This document shows, in pieces, positions 18,081 to 29,387 of a stretch of 64,000 bases of DNA. Within the stretch, counting starts at the first letter, position 1. Each line of letters begins with the position of its first letter. The notes below the pieces were generated by a model, which ran no database searches, was not told where the DNA came from, and saw only the letters and a program-made list of their open reading frames with translations. Origin of the DNA: an uncultured Rhodobacterales bacterium (GTDB taxonomy: Bacteria; Pseudomonadota; Alphaproteobacteria; Rhodospirillales; Rhodospirillaceae); contig CAZUWH010000006.1 of the NCBI GenBank assembly GCA_964624075.1, positions 603 to 64,602 on the forward strand, given 5' to 3'. The position numbers and the translations under genes are program-made.

Positions 18081-18402
18081 CGATCTTGACGTCCCCTAGC
18101 ACCTTCTTGCCATCAGCTTTCATTCTGGCAGCGGCGGTGTTGATATCGGGGACTTCATAGCACACGTGATGAATGCCACCGCTTGGATTCTTCTCAAGAA
18201 AGGCGGCAATCGGAGATTTTTCTCCCAGGGGATGCAACAATTCGACCTTGGTATTGGGCAGCTCGACGAAAACCACGGTTACACCGTGCTCTGGCTGCGG
18301 TTGTGGCTCAGACACCTTGGCTCCCAGAGTCTGACGGTACAGATCTGTAGCTGCCTCCAAATTCGGCACGGCGATGGCCACGTGGTTCAACTTGCCGATC
18401 AT
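18004..18402 (-). CDS. mce: Methylmalonyl-CoA epimerase (VOC family)
   Basis: MIGKLNHVAIAVPNLEAA...ELLHPLGEKSPIAAFLEKNPSGGIHHVCYEV...FLHPKDFNGTLVELEQ. Confidence 0.85.
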   Translation of the reverse strand: MIGKLNHVAIAVPNLEAATDLYRQTLGAKVSEPQPQPEHGVTVVFVELPNTKVELLHPLGEKSPIAAFLEKNPSGGIHHVCYEVPDINTAAARMKADGKKVLGDVKIGAHGKPVIFLHPKDFNGTLVELEQA

Positions 18403-18455
18403 GTGTTCTTTCCCCTCTTCTTTGCAAAAGAATACCATCTTTCATACAAGATTCT

Positions 18456-20111
18456 TCACAAGCGCACCAGATGCACCTCGGTCAACGGCTTCTTGCCAAA
18501 ACTTTCCTTGAAACTGCGCCGCACTGCCAACCGGACCGCTTCGCGCATCGAATCATCATTGTGCCGTTCCCCTGGTGACAACCGCCCGACCGCCGCCCGT
18601 ACGGCCGCCGCCACTGCCCCATCGTCCTCCTGTCTGGGATCAAGGAGACCTGGGGCAGCCAACTGCGGTTCACGTAATAGATGTCCATCCGCATCAACCA
18701 CCAGCGTCAGCACAGCTGAACCGTTGAACATCATCCGCTTGCGGCTGCGCAGGATCTGCGAATCGATGGGAACAAGACGGCAGCCATCCACCACGACCCG
18801 CCCCACCGGCACCGTACCCAGGAAAGCCGGACGGTCGGGACCAAGGCTGATCATCTGGCCGTTCTCCACCACCATGGCCGCGGCGCCGCAGGCACGGGCC
18901 AGATCGGCATGCGCTACCAGGTGACGCATTTCGCCATGAACGGGAACAAGCATTTGCGGCTGGACCAGCCGGAACATCTCCACCATCTCCGCCCGTCCCG
19001 GATGTCCGGAAACATGCACTAGGTGATCACGCTCGGTGACGACCCTGGCCCCCAGACGCGCAAACTGGTTGTGCAAACGGTGAATGGCCCGCTCATTGCC
19101 GGGGATGATGCGTGAGGAGAAGACTACCATATCCCCCTGCCCCAGCCGCACATGAGGATGGCTGAACGTGGCCACACGTGCCAGGGCCGATCGCGGTTCG
19201 CCCTGACTGCCTGTGCACACATACAACACCTGCGCACGCGGCAGCTCGGCGGCTTCTTCGGTGGTGTAAAAGCGGAGCCCCGGAAGATAGCCCGACCGTC
19301 GCGCTGCTTCAACGATGCGCCACAATGACCGTCCCATCAGAGCAACCTGCCGGTTATTGACGGCTGCCGCAATGGCAATGCTTTCCAGACGGGCGACATT
19401 GGAAGCAAAGCAGGTCACCGCAATGCGGCCTTCAACACCTGTAAACAGGCGTGTCAGACTGGCACGGACATTGTTTTCCGATCCGGAGGTACCGGGGGTA
19501 AAGACATTGGTCGAATCACCAACCATGGCCATGACGCCCTCCGCCCCAAGACGCGCCAGGGCGACAACGTCGGCCGTCTGACCAACCAGCGGTGTGGGAT
19601 CGAATTTCCAGTCCCCGCTGTGCAGGACCAGTCCTGCCGGGGTACGAATGGCAATGGCAGTGGGCTCCGGAATGGAATGGGTGAGCGGCACGGCCTCGAT
19701 GGTAAACGGCCCCACTGTCAGCCGTTCTCCTCCTGCCAAGGTATGGACCGGAACCTCGTGGCCCAATCCGTTCTCGGCCAGCTTGCTGTCCAGAAGTGCT
19801 GTGGCAAATGGCGTGGCGTATACAGAACAACGCAGCCGTGGCCATATCCATGTCACAGCCCCCAGATGGTCCTCATGACCATGGGTGATGACTAGGCCGA
19901 CCAGATCCACGCTGTGTTTTTCGATGAATGTCGGATCAGGCAGCACCACATCCACGGCCGGCATCGAATCATCCCCGAAGGTGATTCCGCAGTCAACCAT
20001 CAACCACTTGCCGCCATACCCATAAAGAAACATGTTCATGCCGATTTCCCCGGTCCCTCCCAGGGAAACGAAGACCATCTGGTTTCCGGGAATGGCGAAT
20101 TGATTGGTCAT
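18456..20111 (-). CDS. rnj: Ribonuclease J (metallo-beta-lactamase/beta-CASP)
   Basis: ITHGHEDHLGA motif, 551 aa, beta-CASP-like architecture. Usual position after coaX in alphaproteobacteria. Confidence 0.85.
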   Translation of the reverse strand: MTNQFAIPGNQMVFVSLGGTGEIGMNMFLYGYGGKWLMVDCGITFGDDSMPAVDVVLPDPTFIEKHSVDLVGLVITHGHEDHLGAVTWIWPRLRCSVYATPFATALLDSKLAENGLGHEVPVHTLAGGERLTVGPFTIEAVPLTHSIPEPTAIAIRTPAGLVLHSGDWKFDPTPLVGQTADVVALARLGAEGVMAMVGDSTNVFTPGTSGSENNVRASLTRLFTGVEGRIAVTCFASNVARLESIAIAAAVNNRQVALMGRSLWRIVEAARRSGYLPGLRFYTTEEAAELPRAQVLYVCTGSQGEPRSALARVATFSHPHVRLGQGDMVVFSSRIIPGNERAIHRLHNQFARLGARVVTERDHLVHVSGHPGRAEMVEMFRLVQPQMLVPVHGEMRHLVAHADLARACGAAAMVVENGQMISLGPDRPAFLGTVPVGRVVVDGCRLVPIDSQILRSRKRMMFNGSAVLTLVVDADGHLLREPQLAAPGLLDPRQEDDGAVAAAVRAAVGRLSPGERHNDDSMREAVRLAVRRSFKESFGKKPLTEVHLVRL

Positions 20112-20138
20112 GCTGCGATCATCGTCAGAGGGTTGGAA

Positions 20139-20912
20139 TCAAAAGGTTCGATTACGCCGGTAGATTTCAAGCAGGCCACGCATAGTCAGATCCGGAGCAT
20201 GGTAATGAATGACATCTGTTGTCTCCTTGAACAGGGAAGCCAAGCCTCCCGTTGCGATCACCGTCGTCGATCCGCCGAATTCCTTGTCGATGCGCGCCAC
20301 CAGGCCTTCGATCATGCCTACATAGCCCCAGAAAACACCGGACTTCATCGCAGAGACGGTCGAGGTGCCAATCACCCGTTCAGGCCGCCCGATTGCCACC
20401 AGGGGTAACTGCGCTGCCGCCATGTGCAAGGCCGCCAGGGATTGATACATGCCAGGCGCAATGGCCCCTCCGCAATAGCTTCCATTGCCATCGACCATAT
20501 CAAAGGTGGTTGCCGTGCCGAAATCGATGATAGTCAACGGCCCCGGGTAGGTAATATGGCCAGCGACCGCGTTGACCAGCCGGTCAGCCCCCACCTCCTG
20601 TGGCTGGTCCATCAGAATGTGCAGGCCTAAACGCACATCGGGTTCTCCCACGATCAATGCGTCACAACCGAAAAAACGCCGGCACAATAACTGGAGGCCA
20701 AAAACCGCTGACGGCACAACCGAAGCAATGATCGCTGCCCGGACCACCTGCCGATCAATACCTTCCATTTCCAGGAGCTGTGCCAGCCATACACCGACCT
20801 CGTCAGCAGTGCGATCCGATTTTGAGGAAGCCCGCCACTGGCCCCGGATGGCGTCACCCTCGAACAAGGCAAAGACGATATTGGTATTGCCACAGTCGAT
20901 TGCCAGAAGCAC
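20139..20912 (-). CDS. coaX: Type III pantothenate kinase
   Basis: MLLAIDCGNTNIVFALFEG..., IIDFGTATTFD, ATGGLA. Confidence 0.9.
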   Translation of the reverse strand: MLLAIDCGNTNIVFALFEGDAIRGQWRASSKSDRTADEVGVWLAQLLEMEGIDRQVVRAAIIASVVPSAVFGLQLLCRRFFGCDALIVGEPDVRLGLHILMDQPQEVGADRLVNAVAGHITYPGPLTIIDFGTATTFDMVDGNGSYCGGAIAPGMYQSLAALHMAAAQLPLVAIGRPERVIGTSTVSAMKSGVFWGYVGMIEGLVARIDKEFGGSTTVIATGGLASLFKETTDVIHYHAPDLTMRGLLEIYRRNRTF

Positions 20913-20999
20913 CGTTCATCTCCACGGTTGCTGATCCTGTACAGACATGAAAAAGCAGCATGAACTGCCTCTGCCATGCGCACTTTCCTGGAAAAGCCG

Positions 21000-21091
21000 C
21001 AGATTCCACTCAGATTCCATATTCACCCCGTGGCTTTTCCGCGATCAGTCACCGCTGACAGTATCTTCCTTCTGTTCCCGCTCTGTTCCCG
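21000..21091. repeat. Two separate 11-nt-period tandem duplications in the birA-coaX spacer
   Basis: CAGATTCCA-CT-CAGATTCCA (21000-21019) and CTGTTCCCG-CT-CTGTTCCCG (21072-21091). Confidence 0.8.
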
Positions 21092-21178
21092 TGGGCCGGA
21101 TTCCCATGGACCGTCAGGTTCGTTTCAGAACCCTTCTTTTCCGACCGCTTCAGGGCCCGCAGCAGAAGGGGACACTCA

Positions 21179-21961
21179 CTAGAACAAGATGTCCCCTGCT
21201 AGAATGCGTCGCGGCCTCCCCTTTCCTTCTTCCAGCAGCAAAGCCCCATCTTCATCGAGACCGGCCAGAATGCCAGAAAAATCGGCGGCATCTTCTTCGT
21301 CGAACCGTACCCTCACGGATTCCCCCATGCCGGCCGCTCGCGCTAGCCACGCCTTCCGTACCGGTGCAAACCCCTCTCTCTGCCAGCGGTCAAGCCACAT
21401 CGCCAGCCGGTGACATACGGCACGGAAGACCTCCTCAGCGGAGACCGTGCTCCCTTCCGCCGCCAGGGACGTGGCAGGACAGCGAACGGCCGCTGTGTCA
21501 GGCATCCAGACGATATTAATGCCGATTCCAATCACGATCCAGGCTGGCTGCGCAACCTCCCCTTCCAAAAGAATGCCGCACAATTTGCGTCCTGCACACA
21601 ATACGTCGTTGGGCCATTTACAAGACAACCGGCCTGCCAGCGCCGGGGCCACGTCTTCCATACCCTCCACCACCGCCACACTGGCGACTAGACTGGCCAG
21701 GGCCAGATGTGCCTTCGGCACCTGAGGCTGCAACAGAACGGAAAAATACAGATTGTCTGCCGGGCTGTGCCACGTTCGCGTCCCGCGCCCGCGCCCGTCG
21801 GTCTGAACGCCTGCCCGAATCACCACCGCTCCCGTTCCAGCCCCCCCCGCCCTGGCCAGCCATCTGGCTTCCGTATTGGTGCTACCGAGAACGTCATGGC
21901 TGACAAGGCGCCATCCGGTCGGCCAATCTTCCGGCGTTGCCACGGCCCTCTCCCCTTTCAC
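21179..21961 (-). CDS. birA: Biotin--[acetyl-CoA-carboxylase] ligase (no N-terminal HTH)
   Basis: VVIRAGVQTDGRGRGTRTWHSP, KWPNDVLCAGRKLCGILLE. Start overlaps the nuoN stop by 4 nt. Confidence 0.85.
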   Translation of the reverse strand: MKGERAVATPEDWPTGWRLVSHDVLGSTNTEARWLARAGGAGTGAVVIRAGVQTDGRGRGTRTWHSPADNLYFSVLLQPQVPKAHLALASLVASVAVVEGMEDVAPALAGRLSCKWPNDVLCAGRKLCGILLEGEVAQPAWIVIGIGINIVWMPDTAAVRCPATSLAAEGSTVSAEEVFRAVCHRLAMWLDRWQREGFAPVRKAWLARAAGMGESVRVRFDEEDAADFSGILAGLDEDGALLLEEGKGRPRRILAGDILF

Positions 21962-23409
21962 CCTGGAGGGAACAAGGACACCGCGGCTGTCTCCGCCTGA
22001 AGCAGCAGGGGTAGCGGATAGACGAAGAAAAACATCACAACCACACTGCTTGCTATCAGGACCAGTCCAACCGCGCGCCCGGGCGGCTGATCAAGAGCCT
22101 CGATCGGCTCATCGAAGTACATGATCTTGACAATGCGCAGGTAATAAAAGGCACTTACCACACTGGTGAGGACACCAATCACCGCCAGGACATACATCTG
22201 TGCCTCAATGGCAGCCATGAAGACATAAAGCTTGCCAAAAAATCCGGCCAGAGGTGGGATGCCGGCCATCGAGAATATGAGGGCTGCCAGGGCTGCCGCC
22301 ATGGCGGGCTGCGTCTTCGACAGGCCCGACAGATCTTCGATTTCCTCGACCAGACGTCCCTTCTGGCGCATGGACAGAATGACGGCAAACACACCGAGAT
22401 TCATGGCAAGATAGATGGCAAGATAGATCAGAATGCCCCGTACACCGGCCACGTTGCCCACCGTCAGACCGATCAGGACATATCCGACATGGCCGATGGA
22501 ACTGTAAGCCATCAAACGTTTGATATTGGTCTGGTTGATAGCGGCAAAGGCGCCCAGTACCATCGAGCCAATCGCCAGTGCCGTTACCACCTGCTGCCAC
22601 TGTTCGCTCATGACCCCGAAGGGACCCGTCATTACCCGCACCAGCAGGGCCATGGCCGCCATTTTGGGGGTTACGGCGAAGAAGGCCGTTACCGGCGTGG
22701 GCGCGCCCTCATAGACATCTGGTGTCCACATATGGAACGGCACGGCCGAGACCTTGAAGGCTAGTCCTGCTAGAATGAAAACCATCCCGATCGTTGCACC
22801 AAGACTGGTTCCCTCTGCACCGGCCAGAATCCTGGCCAGCTCATCGAAGCGCGTTTGACCGGTGAAGCCATACACGAACGACGCCCCGAACAACAGCAGG
22901 CCCGAGGCCAGCGCGCCAAGCACGAAATATTTCAGTCCGGCTTCGGTTGAGCGGCTGCTGTCACGATGACAGGCAGCGAGTACATACAATGACAGGCTTT
23001 GCAGCTCCAGGCCAAGATACATGGCCATCAGGTCATCGGCCGAGATCATCATCAGCATGCCAAGCGTGGCAAAGAGGATCAGGATCGAGAACTCGTACCG
23101 ATTGAGCCGCTCATGTCGCATCCATGACAGCGACATGGCGAGAGTGACCGCCGAAGCGATCAGAACCAGGCATTTCATGAACATCCCGAAACGGTCGGTC
23201 ACGAACATCCCGCCGAAGGTTGTATCTCGCTCCCCTCCGCCCGTCATCACCAGCAGCCCGGCCATCAGCAAAGCTAGCACGGTCCACAGACCGACCGTCT
23301 CAGGCGTTGTCTCCCCCTGCCGGAAGACGCCTACCATCAAAAGGACCAGCCCCGCACAGGCCAAAAAAAGTTCGGGAAGGGCTGGAAGAAGATTGGGCAA
23401 TTCAGTCAT
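21958..23409 (-). CDS. nuoN: NADH-quinone oxidoreductase subunit N
   Basis: Polytopic membrane protein, last gene of the nuo series. Start at MTELPNLLPALPELFL (23409) inside ORF 21958..23553. Confidence 0.9.
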   Translation of the reverse strand: MTELPNLLPALPELFLACAGLVLLMVGVFRQGETTPETVGLWTVLALLMAGLLVMTGGGERDTTFGGMFVTDRFGMFMKCLVLIASAVTLAMSLSWMRHERLNRYEFSILILFATLGMLMMISADDLMAMYLGLELQSLSLYVLAACHRDSSRSTEAGLKYFVLGALASGLLLFGASFVYGFTGQTRFDELARILAGAEGTSLGATIGMVFILAGLAFKVSAVPFHMWTPDVYEGAPTPVTAFFAVTPKMAAMALLVRVMTGPFGVMSEQWQQVVTALAIGSMVLGAFAAINQTNIKRLMAYSSIGHVGYVLIGLTVGNVAGVRGILIYLAIYLAMNLGVFAVILSMRQKGRLVEEIEDLSGLSKTQPAMAAALAALIFSMAGIPPLAGFFGKLYVFMAAIEAQMYVLAVIGVLTSVVSAFYYLRIVKIMYFDEPIEALDQPPGRAVGLVLIASSVVVMFFFVYPLPLLLQAETAAVSLFPPG

Positions 23410-23429
23410 CGGGACTTCCTTCCCTCTCG

Positions 23430-24962
23430 TCACGGCGCCGCCGCCAGGGTCAATGCCTCGGCAGCGACACGCGCTACCTGGTTTTTCTCGATGAGAGTGG
23501 CGACTGACGTATGAAACACGTCCAGAAATGAAGTCGGGTAGATTCCCATCCATATCACCAGAGCCAGGAGGGGCGCAAAAACGAGAATCTCACGTGCGTT
23601 CAAATCCAGAATTCCCTGCAGGGTCGGTTTTTCCAGTTTGCCGAAAATGATGCGGCGATAGAGGTAGAGCATGTAGGCTGCTCCCAGGATCACCCCCGTC
23701 GCTGCGAACAGCGCCACCCAGCTATTGACCCGGAACACGCCCAGGAGAACGAGAAATTCGCCAACGAACCCGCTCGTGCCCGGCAATCCGACCGCTCCGA
23801 GGGTGAACACCATGAACACCAGGGCATAGAAGGGCATGCGATGCACGAGCCCGCCATAGGCGGCAATCTCGCGCGTGTGCATGCGGTCATACACCACGCC
23901 GATACACAGGAACAAAGCACCCGAAACGATGCCATGCGACAGCATCTGGAACAATGCGCCCTCTACAGCCTGGGGAGTCAGGGCGAAAATGCCAATCGTC
24001 ACAAATCCCATGTGGGCAACGGAGGAATAGGCAATCAGCTTCTTCATGTCGTCTTGGGCAAGCGCCACCAGCGAGGTATAGACGACGGCCACCACGGACA
24101 GGGTGTAAACCAGCGGCGTGAAATAGTCGCTGGCATCTGGGAACATGGGAACCGAGAAACGCAAGAAACCGTAGGCACCCATTTTCAGCAGGACGCCAGC
24201 CAGGATCACCGAACCGGCCGTCGGGGCCTCGACATGGGCATCCGGCAGCCAGGTATGTACGGGCCACATCGGAACCTTGACGGCAAATGAGGCGAAGAAA
24301 GCCAGCCACAACCATGTTTGCATCTTTTCCGGGAATGAGAAATCCATCAAGGTCGGAATATCGGTTGTCGCGGCGGCGAAATACATGGCCAACATGGCAA
24401 GCAACATGAGGACAGAGCCTGCCAACGTATAAAGAAAGAACTTGAAAGCAGCATATACGCGGCGCGGGCCGCCCCATACCCCGATAATGATGAACATCGG
24501 GATCAGAACACCCTCGAAGAAGATGTAAAAAGCCACCAGATCAAGGGCACAGAACATCCCCACCATCATGGTTTCAAGGACCAGGAAGGCGATCATGTAT
24601 TCCTTGACCCGTATCGTCACCGCCTGCCAGCTCGACAGGATGCAAATCGGGGTCAGGAATGTGGACAGGAGCACGAACAGGAGGGAAATGCCGTCCACGC
24701 CCATGTGATAGTTCACGCCTATCCCCGGTAGCCACTCCATCTTCTCGACGAATTGAAACGCTGCCGTGTTTAGGTCGAAAAGACTCCACAGGGCCAGCGA
24801 CAGGACGAATGTCACGGTGGAGGTCAACAGAGCCACGTTGCGCGCATTGCGCGCCACCAGCGCTTCTTCCCCCCGGATGGTCAGAATGACGGCCGCGCCG
24901 ACCAGCGGAAGGAACGTAACCAGGGACAGGAGGGGCCAATCCATCATTGCCGCAAGCCTCAT
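23430..24962 (-). CDS. nuoM: NADH-quinone oxidoreductase subunit M
   Basis: [15 protein letters not shown]..., antiporter-like subunit. The ATG at 24962 overlaps the nuoL stop (ATGA); internal Met at 24947/24944 is also possible. Confidence 0.9.
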   Translation of the reverse strand: MRLAAMMDWPLLSLVTFLPLVGAAVILTIRGEEALVARNARNVALLTSTVTFVLSLALWSLFDLNTAAFQFVEKMEWLPGIGVNYHMGVDGISLLFVLLSTFLTPICILSSWQAVTIRVKEYMIAFLVLETMMVGMFCALDLVAFYIFFEGVLIPMFIIIGVWGGPRRVYAAFKFFLYTLAGSVLMLLAMLAMYFAAATTDIPTLMDFSFPEKMQTWLWLAFFASFAVKVPMWPVHTWLPDAHVEAPTAGSVILAGVLLKMGAYGFLRFSVPMFPDASDYFTPLVYTLSVVAVVYTSLVALAQDDMKKLIAYSSVAHMGFVTIGIFALTPQAVEGALFQMLSHGIVSGALFLCIGVVYDRMHTREIAAYGGLVHRMPFYALVFMVFTLGAVGLPGTSGFVGEFLVLLGVFRVNSWVALFAATGVILGAAYMLYLYRRIIFGKLEKPTLQGILDLNAREILVFAPLLALVIWMGIYPTSFLDVFHTSVATLIEKNQVARVAAEALTLAAAP

Positions 24963-26887
24963 CCGAGATGGAAAAGTATGAACCAGGTTACGAAAGCCGC
25001 CACACCGACAATCATCGCGAAGGCGTAATGATAGATATAACCGGATTGCAGACGACCCAGACGCCGGGCGATATCGCGACTGGCTGCCGCCACGCCGTCA
25101 GGCCCGATCCCATCGATCACCGCGCCGTCGCCTCCCTTCCACAGACCGCGACCAATGGCAAAGGCGGGGCGAACGAACAGCAGATCATAGAGTTCGTCGA
25201 AGTACCACTTGTTGAGAAGAAATTTGTACAAGACATTGAAAACACTGGCCAGAAAGCCTGGCAGCACCGGCAGCCGGATATAGAGCAGATAGGCCAGGGC
25301 AATCCCTCCGCCCCCCACAATGAGGGGGGCCAGTTTCACCCACATCGGGACATGATGGGCCGCGACGATGGAATCATGGGCCGCCTGTACCGCAATGGCC
25401 TGCCCCCAGAAGGCTTCCCGATGCTCACCCACAAAGGACTCATAACCGATCCAACCTGAAAACAATGCCCCCGCTGCCAGCATCAGAAGCGGCATCAGCA
25501 TCGCGGGCGGCGATTCATGAACATGGGCCATCACTTTTTCATCGGCGCGAGGCTGGCCATGGAAGGTCATGAACAGCAGACGCCAGGAATAGAAGGCGGT
25601 CATGAAGGCAGCGGCGATGCCCATCCAGAATGCGAGGCGCCCAGCCACCGATGGCGCGCCGAACGCCGCTTCCAGAATGATATCCTTCGAGTAATAGCCG
25701 GCAAAGAACGGAATGCCGGCCAGGGCCAGACTGCCGACCCACATCATTGCATAAGTGACCTTGATCCGGCCGGCAATGCCGCCCATGCGACGCATGTCCT
25801 GCTCCCCCGACATGGCATGGATGACCGAACCAGCCGATAGGAACAGCAATGCCTTAAAGAAGGCATGGGTCATCAGATGGAAAATGGCTGCCTGATAGGC
25901 CGAGACACCGATGGCAAAGAACATGTAGCCCAGCTGCGAACACGTGGAATAGGCGATCACTCGTTTGATGTCATTCTGGACGCACCCTATAGTCGCAGCG
26001 AAAAAGGCTGTACTTGCGCCAATAATCGCCACCACCATCAGGGCCGTTTCGGAATGTTCGAACAGCGGCGACATGCGCACCACCATGAACACCCCTGCCG
26101 TCACCATGGTGGCGGCATGAATCAAGGCCGAAACCGGTGTCGGACCTTCCATAGCATCTGGCAGCCAGGTATGCAAACCGATCTGGGCTGACTTGCCCAT
26201 GGCACCCACGAACAGCAACAGACAGATGATCGTGAGGGCGTGCCACTCGACGCCGAAGAACGTTATGTGGTCGCCGGCATGGGCCGCCGCCGTTGCAAAG
26301 ATCTGATCGAAACGAACCGAGTCGAATAGAACGAACGTGGCAAAAATGCCGAGCACGAATCCGAAATCGCCGACCCGATTGACGATAAATGCCTTGATGG
26401 CCGCCGCATTGGCCAAGGGGCGATCGTGCCAGAAGCCGATCAGAAGATACGAGGCCAGCCCGACTCCCTCCCAGCCGAAGAAAAGCTGTACCAGATTGTC
26501 CGCGGTCACGAGCATTAGCATGAAGAAGGTGAACAGGGATAGATAGCTCATGAACCGCGGCACGGAGGGATCGTGATGCATGTAGCCGATGGCATAGACA
26601 TGCACCATGAACGACACCACCGTGACCACCAGCAGCATGACGGCCGTCAGACTGTCGAATTTCAGGGCCCACGCCACATCAAGGCTGTCGGATTGGATCC
26701 AGGGCAGAAGCGGCACGGTTTGCGCCTCGCCCCCCACCACGATGGTAAAGATGCCCGCTGACAGGACGGCAGCAGAACCAACACCGGCGCAGGTGACGAG
26801 CTGCGCACCCCGGTCTCCCAGCCGACGTCCGAAAAAACCGGCAATGAGAGCACCGAGCAGGGGCAGAAAGATGGCTGCAACATACAT
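24959..26887 (-). CDS. nuoL: NADH-quinone oxidoreductase subunit L
   Basis: 642 aa, [21 protein letters not shown]..., antiporter-like with C-terminal extension. Operon position. Confidence 0.92.
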   Translation of the reverse strand: MYVAAIFLPLLGALIAGFFGRRLGDRGAQLVTCAGVGSAAVLSAGIFTIVVGGEAQTVPLLPWIQSDSLDVAWALKFDSLTAVMLLVVTVVSFMVHVYAIGYMHHDPSVPRFMSYLSLFTFFMLMLVTADNLVQLFFGWEGVGLASYLLIGFWHDRPLANAAAIKAFIVNRVGDFGFVLGIFATFVLFDSVRFDQIFATAAAHAGDHITFFGVEWHALTIICLLLFVGAMGKSAQIGLHTWLPDAMEGPTPVSALIHAATMVTAGVFMVVRMSPLFEHSETALMVVAIIGASTAFFAATIGCVQNDIKRVIAYSTCSQLGYMFFAIGVSAYQAAIFHLMTHAFFKALLFLSAGSVIHAMSGEQDMRRMGGIAGRIKVTYAMMWVGSLALAGIPFFAGYYSKDIILEAAFGAPSVAGRLAFWMGIAAAFMTAFYSWRLLFMTFHGQPRADEKVMAHVHESPPAMLMPLLMLAAGALFSGWIGYESFVGEHREAFWGQAIAVQAAHDSIVAAHHVPMWVKLAPLIVGGGGIALAYLLYIRLPVLPGFLASVFNVLYKFLLNKWYFDELYDLLFVRPAFAIGRGLWKGGDGAVIDGIGPDGVAAASRDIARRLGRLQSGYIYHYAFAMIVGVAAFVTWFILFHLG

Positions 26888-26893
26888 GGCCGG

Positions 26894-27208
26894 TCAACCC
26901 TTCATCTGGTTGATTTCCTCGACCGCAATGGTGCCGTGGTTGCGGAAAAACACCACTACGATGGCAAGACCGATCGCCGCTTCCGCCGCCGCGACGGTCA
27001 GAACGAACACGGTAAAGACCTGACCGGTCAGATTCTCTAGATAGGCCGAGAATGTCACCATGTTGATGTTGACAGCCAACAGCATCAGCTCAACGGACAT
27101 CAGGATGATGATGACGTTCTTTCGATTCAGGAAAACGCCGAACACGCCAAGGGTGAATACGACGGCTCCCACTGTCAGGTAGTGACCAAGACCGACATCA
27201 AGCATCAC
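26894..27208 (-). CDS. nuoK: NADH-quinone oxidoreductase subunit K
   Basis: 104 aa, three TM helices, [12 protein letters not shown] motif. Confidence 0.92.
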   Translation of the reverse strand: MMLDVGLGHYLTVGAVVFTLGVFGVFLNRKNVIIILMSVELMLLAVNINMVTFSAYLENLTGQVFTVFVLTVAAAEAAIGLAIVVVFFRNHGTIAVEEINQMKG

Positions 27209-27816
27209 ACGCCTCCCCTGGTCGGAACTTTCCGGACGTCAAGACTGTTAGCCTTGGTCCGTTCAAGCTGGCGGGCGATGACCTGCCTGCGCACGCCAGA
27301 CCGTGACCGCAACGTCAGCATGATGGTCCCCACCATGGCCACCAGAAGCACCAGCCCGGCCGCCTGGAACAGATAGAGGTAATCCGTGTACAGGACTTGC
27401 CCCAGGGCTTCCGTATTGGTTCTCCCCGGACTAGTCATTGTTTCCGCCTGCACGGCCTCGACGTCGGGCACGAACACCCATCCGCCGATCACGGCAACGA
27501 GTTCGACCAGCAGGATGATTCCGATCAGTCCGCCCAGGGGCAGATGATGCAGAAATCCTTCCCGCAGGCGAACAAAGTTGATGTCGAGCATCATCACCAC
27601 GAACAGGAACAGGACGGCCACGGCACCGACGTAGACGATCACCAGCATCATGGCCAGAAATTCCGCCCCCATCAGCAGGAACAATCCGGCGGCATTGAAA
27701 AACACCAGCACGAGGAACAGGACCGAGTGCACCGGATTGCGGGCCGCAACGACCCCTCCCGCCCCTGCAACGGCAATGGCGGCAAACACGTAGAACATCA
27801 CCGATTGCACGATCAC
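27205..27816 (-). CDS. nuoJ: NADH-quinone oxidoreductase subunit J
   Basis: 203 aa membrane protein, [20 protein letters not shown]...[16 protein letters not shown]. Overlaps the nuoK start. Confidence 0.9.
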   Translation of the reverse strand: MIVQSVMFYVFAAIAVAGAGGVVAARNPVHSVLFLVLVFFNAAGLFLLMGAEFLAMMLVIVYVGAVAVLFLFVVMMLDINFVRLREGFLHHLPLGGLIGIILLVELVAVIGGWVFVPDVEAVQAETMTSPGRTNTEALGQVLYTDYLYLFQAAGLVLLVAMVGTIMLTLRSRSGVRRQVIARQLERTKANSLDVRKVPTRGGV

Positions 27817-27875
27817 CCCTTCCCCCTACCAAGATTGCGGTTGGTCACCACGAATGTCAACACGACCGTTCCCGG

Positions 27876-28364
27876 TCAGCGGTAGGGCGCATCAAGATGA
27901 AGACGCGCCGCAAGTTCCGTTTCCCAGCGGTCACCATTTGACAACAATTTTTCCTTGTTATACATCAACTCTTCCCTCGTTTCAGTAGCGAACTCAAAGT
28001 TCGGCCCTTCAACGATCGCATCCACCGGGCACGCTTCCTCACAATAGCCACAATAGATGCACTTGGTCATGTCGATGTCGTACCGTGTCGTACGCCGGCT
28101 ACCATCTGCCCGCGACTCTGCCTCGATGGTGATGGCCTGCGCCGGACAGATAGCCTCGCACAACTTGCAGGCAATACAGCGCTCTTCGCCATTCGGATAG
28201 CGACGCAGGGCATGCTCGCCACGGAAGCGCGGCGACAGCGGCCCCTTTTCGAAGGGGTAGTTAATGGTTACCTTGGGTTTGAACATGTAACGCAAAGTAA
28301 GCGCCATGCCCTGCACGAGCTCGGTTAGCAGAAACGCCCGTGCGGTACGATCAAGAAAGGACAT
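27876..28364 (-). CDS. nuoI: NADH-quinone oxidoreductase subunit I (2x[4Fe-4S])
   Basis: [12 protein letters not shown] and [12 protein letters not shown] ferredoxin motifs. Confidence 0.95.
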   Translation of the reverse strand: MSFLDRTARAFLLTELVQGMALTLRYMFKPKVTINYPFEKGPLSPRFRGEHALRRYPNGEERCIACKLCEAICPAQAITIEAESRADGSRRTTRYDIDMTKCIYCGYCEEACPVDAIVEGPNFEFATETREELMYNKEKLLSNGDRWETELAARLHLDAPYR

Positions 28365-28370
28365 CTTCTC

Positions 28371-29387
28371 TTACCCCTTCGGCACCCAATCGAAGGCAAC
28401 CAGGACCCCCGCCGTCAACACCACCCAGAACAGTGAGAACGGCAGGAACACTTTCCAGCCCAGACGCATGAGCTGATCATAACGGTAACGTGGGAAAGTT
28501 GCCCGCACCCACAGAAATCCGAACAGCAGCAAGGCGACTTTCAACACGAACCATACCACCCCCGGTACCAAGTTGAAGGGGATCATGTCAAACGGCGGCA
28601 GCCAGCCGCCCAGAAACAGGATGGCGGCCAGACCGCTCATCAGGATCATATTGGCATATTCCCCGAGAAAGAACATGCCGAACGTCATCGCCGAGTACTC
28701 GACATTGTACCCGGCTACCAGTTCGGATTCCGCTTCTGGCAGGTCGAAAGGCGCCCGGTTGGTCTCGGCCAGTGTCGAAATGAAGAAGAGGACGAACATA
28801 GGCAGGTGCGGAATGACATACCACACCCCTTCGGCCTGGGCCCTGACAATTTCCGACAGGTTCAAGCTCCCCGCAGACAGCAGAACCGTCACCAGCACGA
28901 AGCCGATCGAGACCTCATAGGACACCATCTGGCCCGCCGAACGCAAACCGCCCAGAAAGGCATACTTCGAGTTCGATGCCCAGCCCGCCATGATGATGCC
29001 ATAGACTCCCGTCGAGGACAGGGCGAACAGATAAAGGATGCCGACGTTGATGTTCGACAGCACCCATCCCTCATTGAAAGGGATCACCGCCCACGCCATC
29101 AATGCCAGAATGAACGTCAACAACGGCGCGAGAATGAAGATTCCCCGGTTGGCACGGGCTGGAATCACCGTTTCCTTCAACAGCAGCTTGAGGCCATCTG
29201 CTATCGGCTGCAACAGACCGAACGGTCCCACCACGTTGGGGCCTTTGCGCAACTGTATGGCTGCAATCACTTTCCGTTCAGCCAGAGTCAGATAGGCGAT
29301 CCCAAGCATGATCGGGCCGACAACCAGGATAGTCTGCAAAACAATGATAACCAGTGGCCACAGATAGCCGTTCCAGAGTTCAACCAT
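28371..29387 (-). CDS. nuoH: NADH-quinone oxidoreductase subunit H
   Basis: [34 protein letters not shown]..., 338 aa polytopic. Confidence 0.95.
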   Translation of the reverse strand: MVELWNGYLWPLVIIVLQTILVVGPIMLGIAYLTLAERKVIAAIQLRKGPNVVGPFGLLQPIADGLKLLLKETVIPARANRGIFILAPLLTFILALMAWAVIPFNEGWVLSNINVGILYLFALSSTGVYGIIMAGWASNSKYAFLGGLRSAGQMVSYEVSIGFVLVTVLLSAGSLNLSEIVRAQAEGVWYVIPHLPMFVLFFISTLAETNRAPFDLPEAESELVAGYNVEYSAMTFGMFFLGEYANMILMSGLAAILFLGGWLPPFDMIPFNLVPGVVWFVLKVALLLFGFLWVRATFPRYRYDQLMRLGWKVFLPFSLFWVVLTAGVLVAFDWVPKG

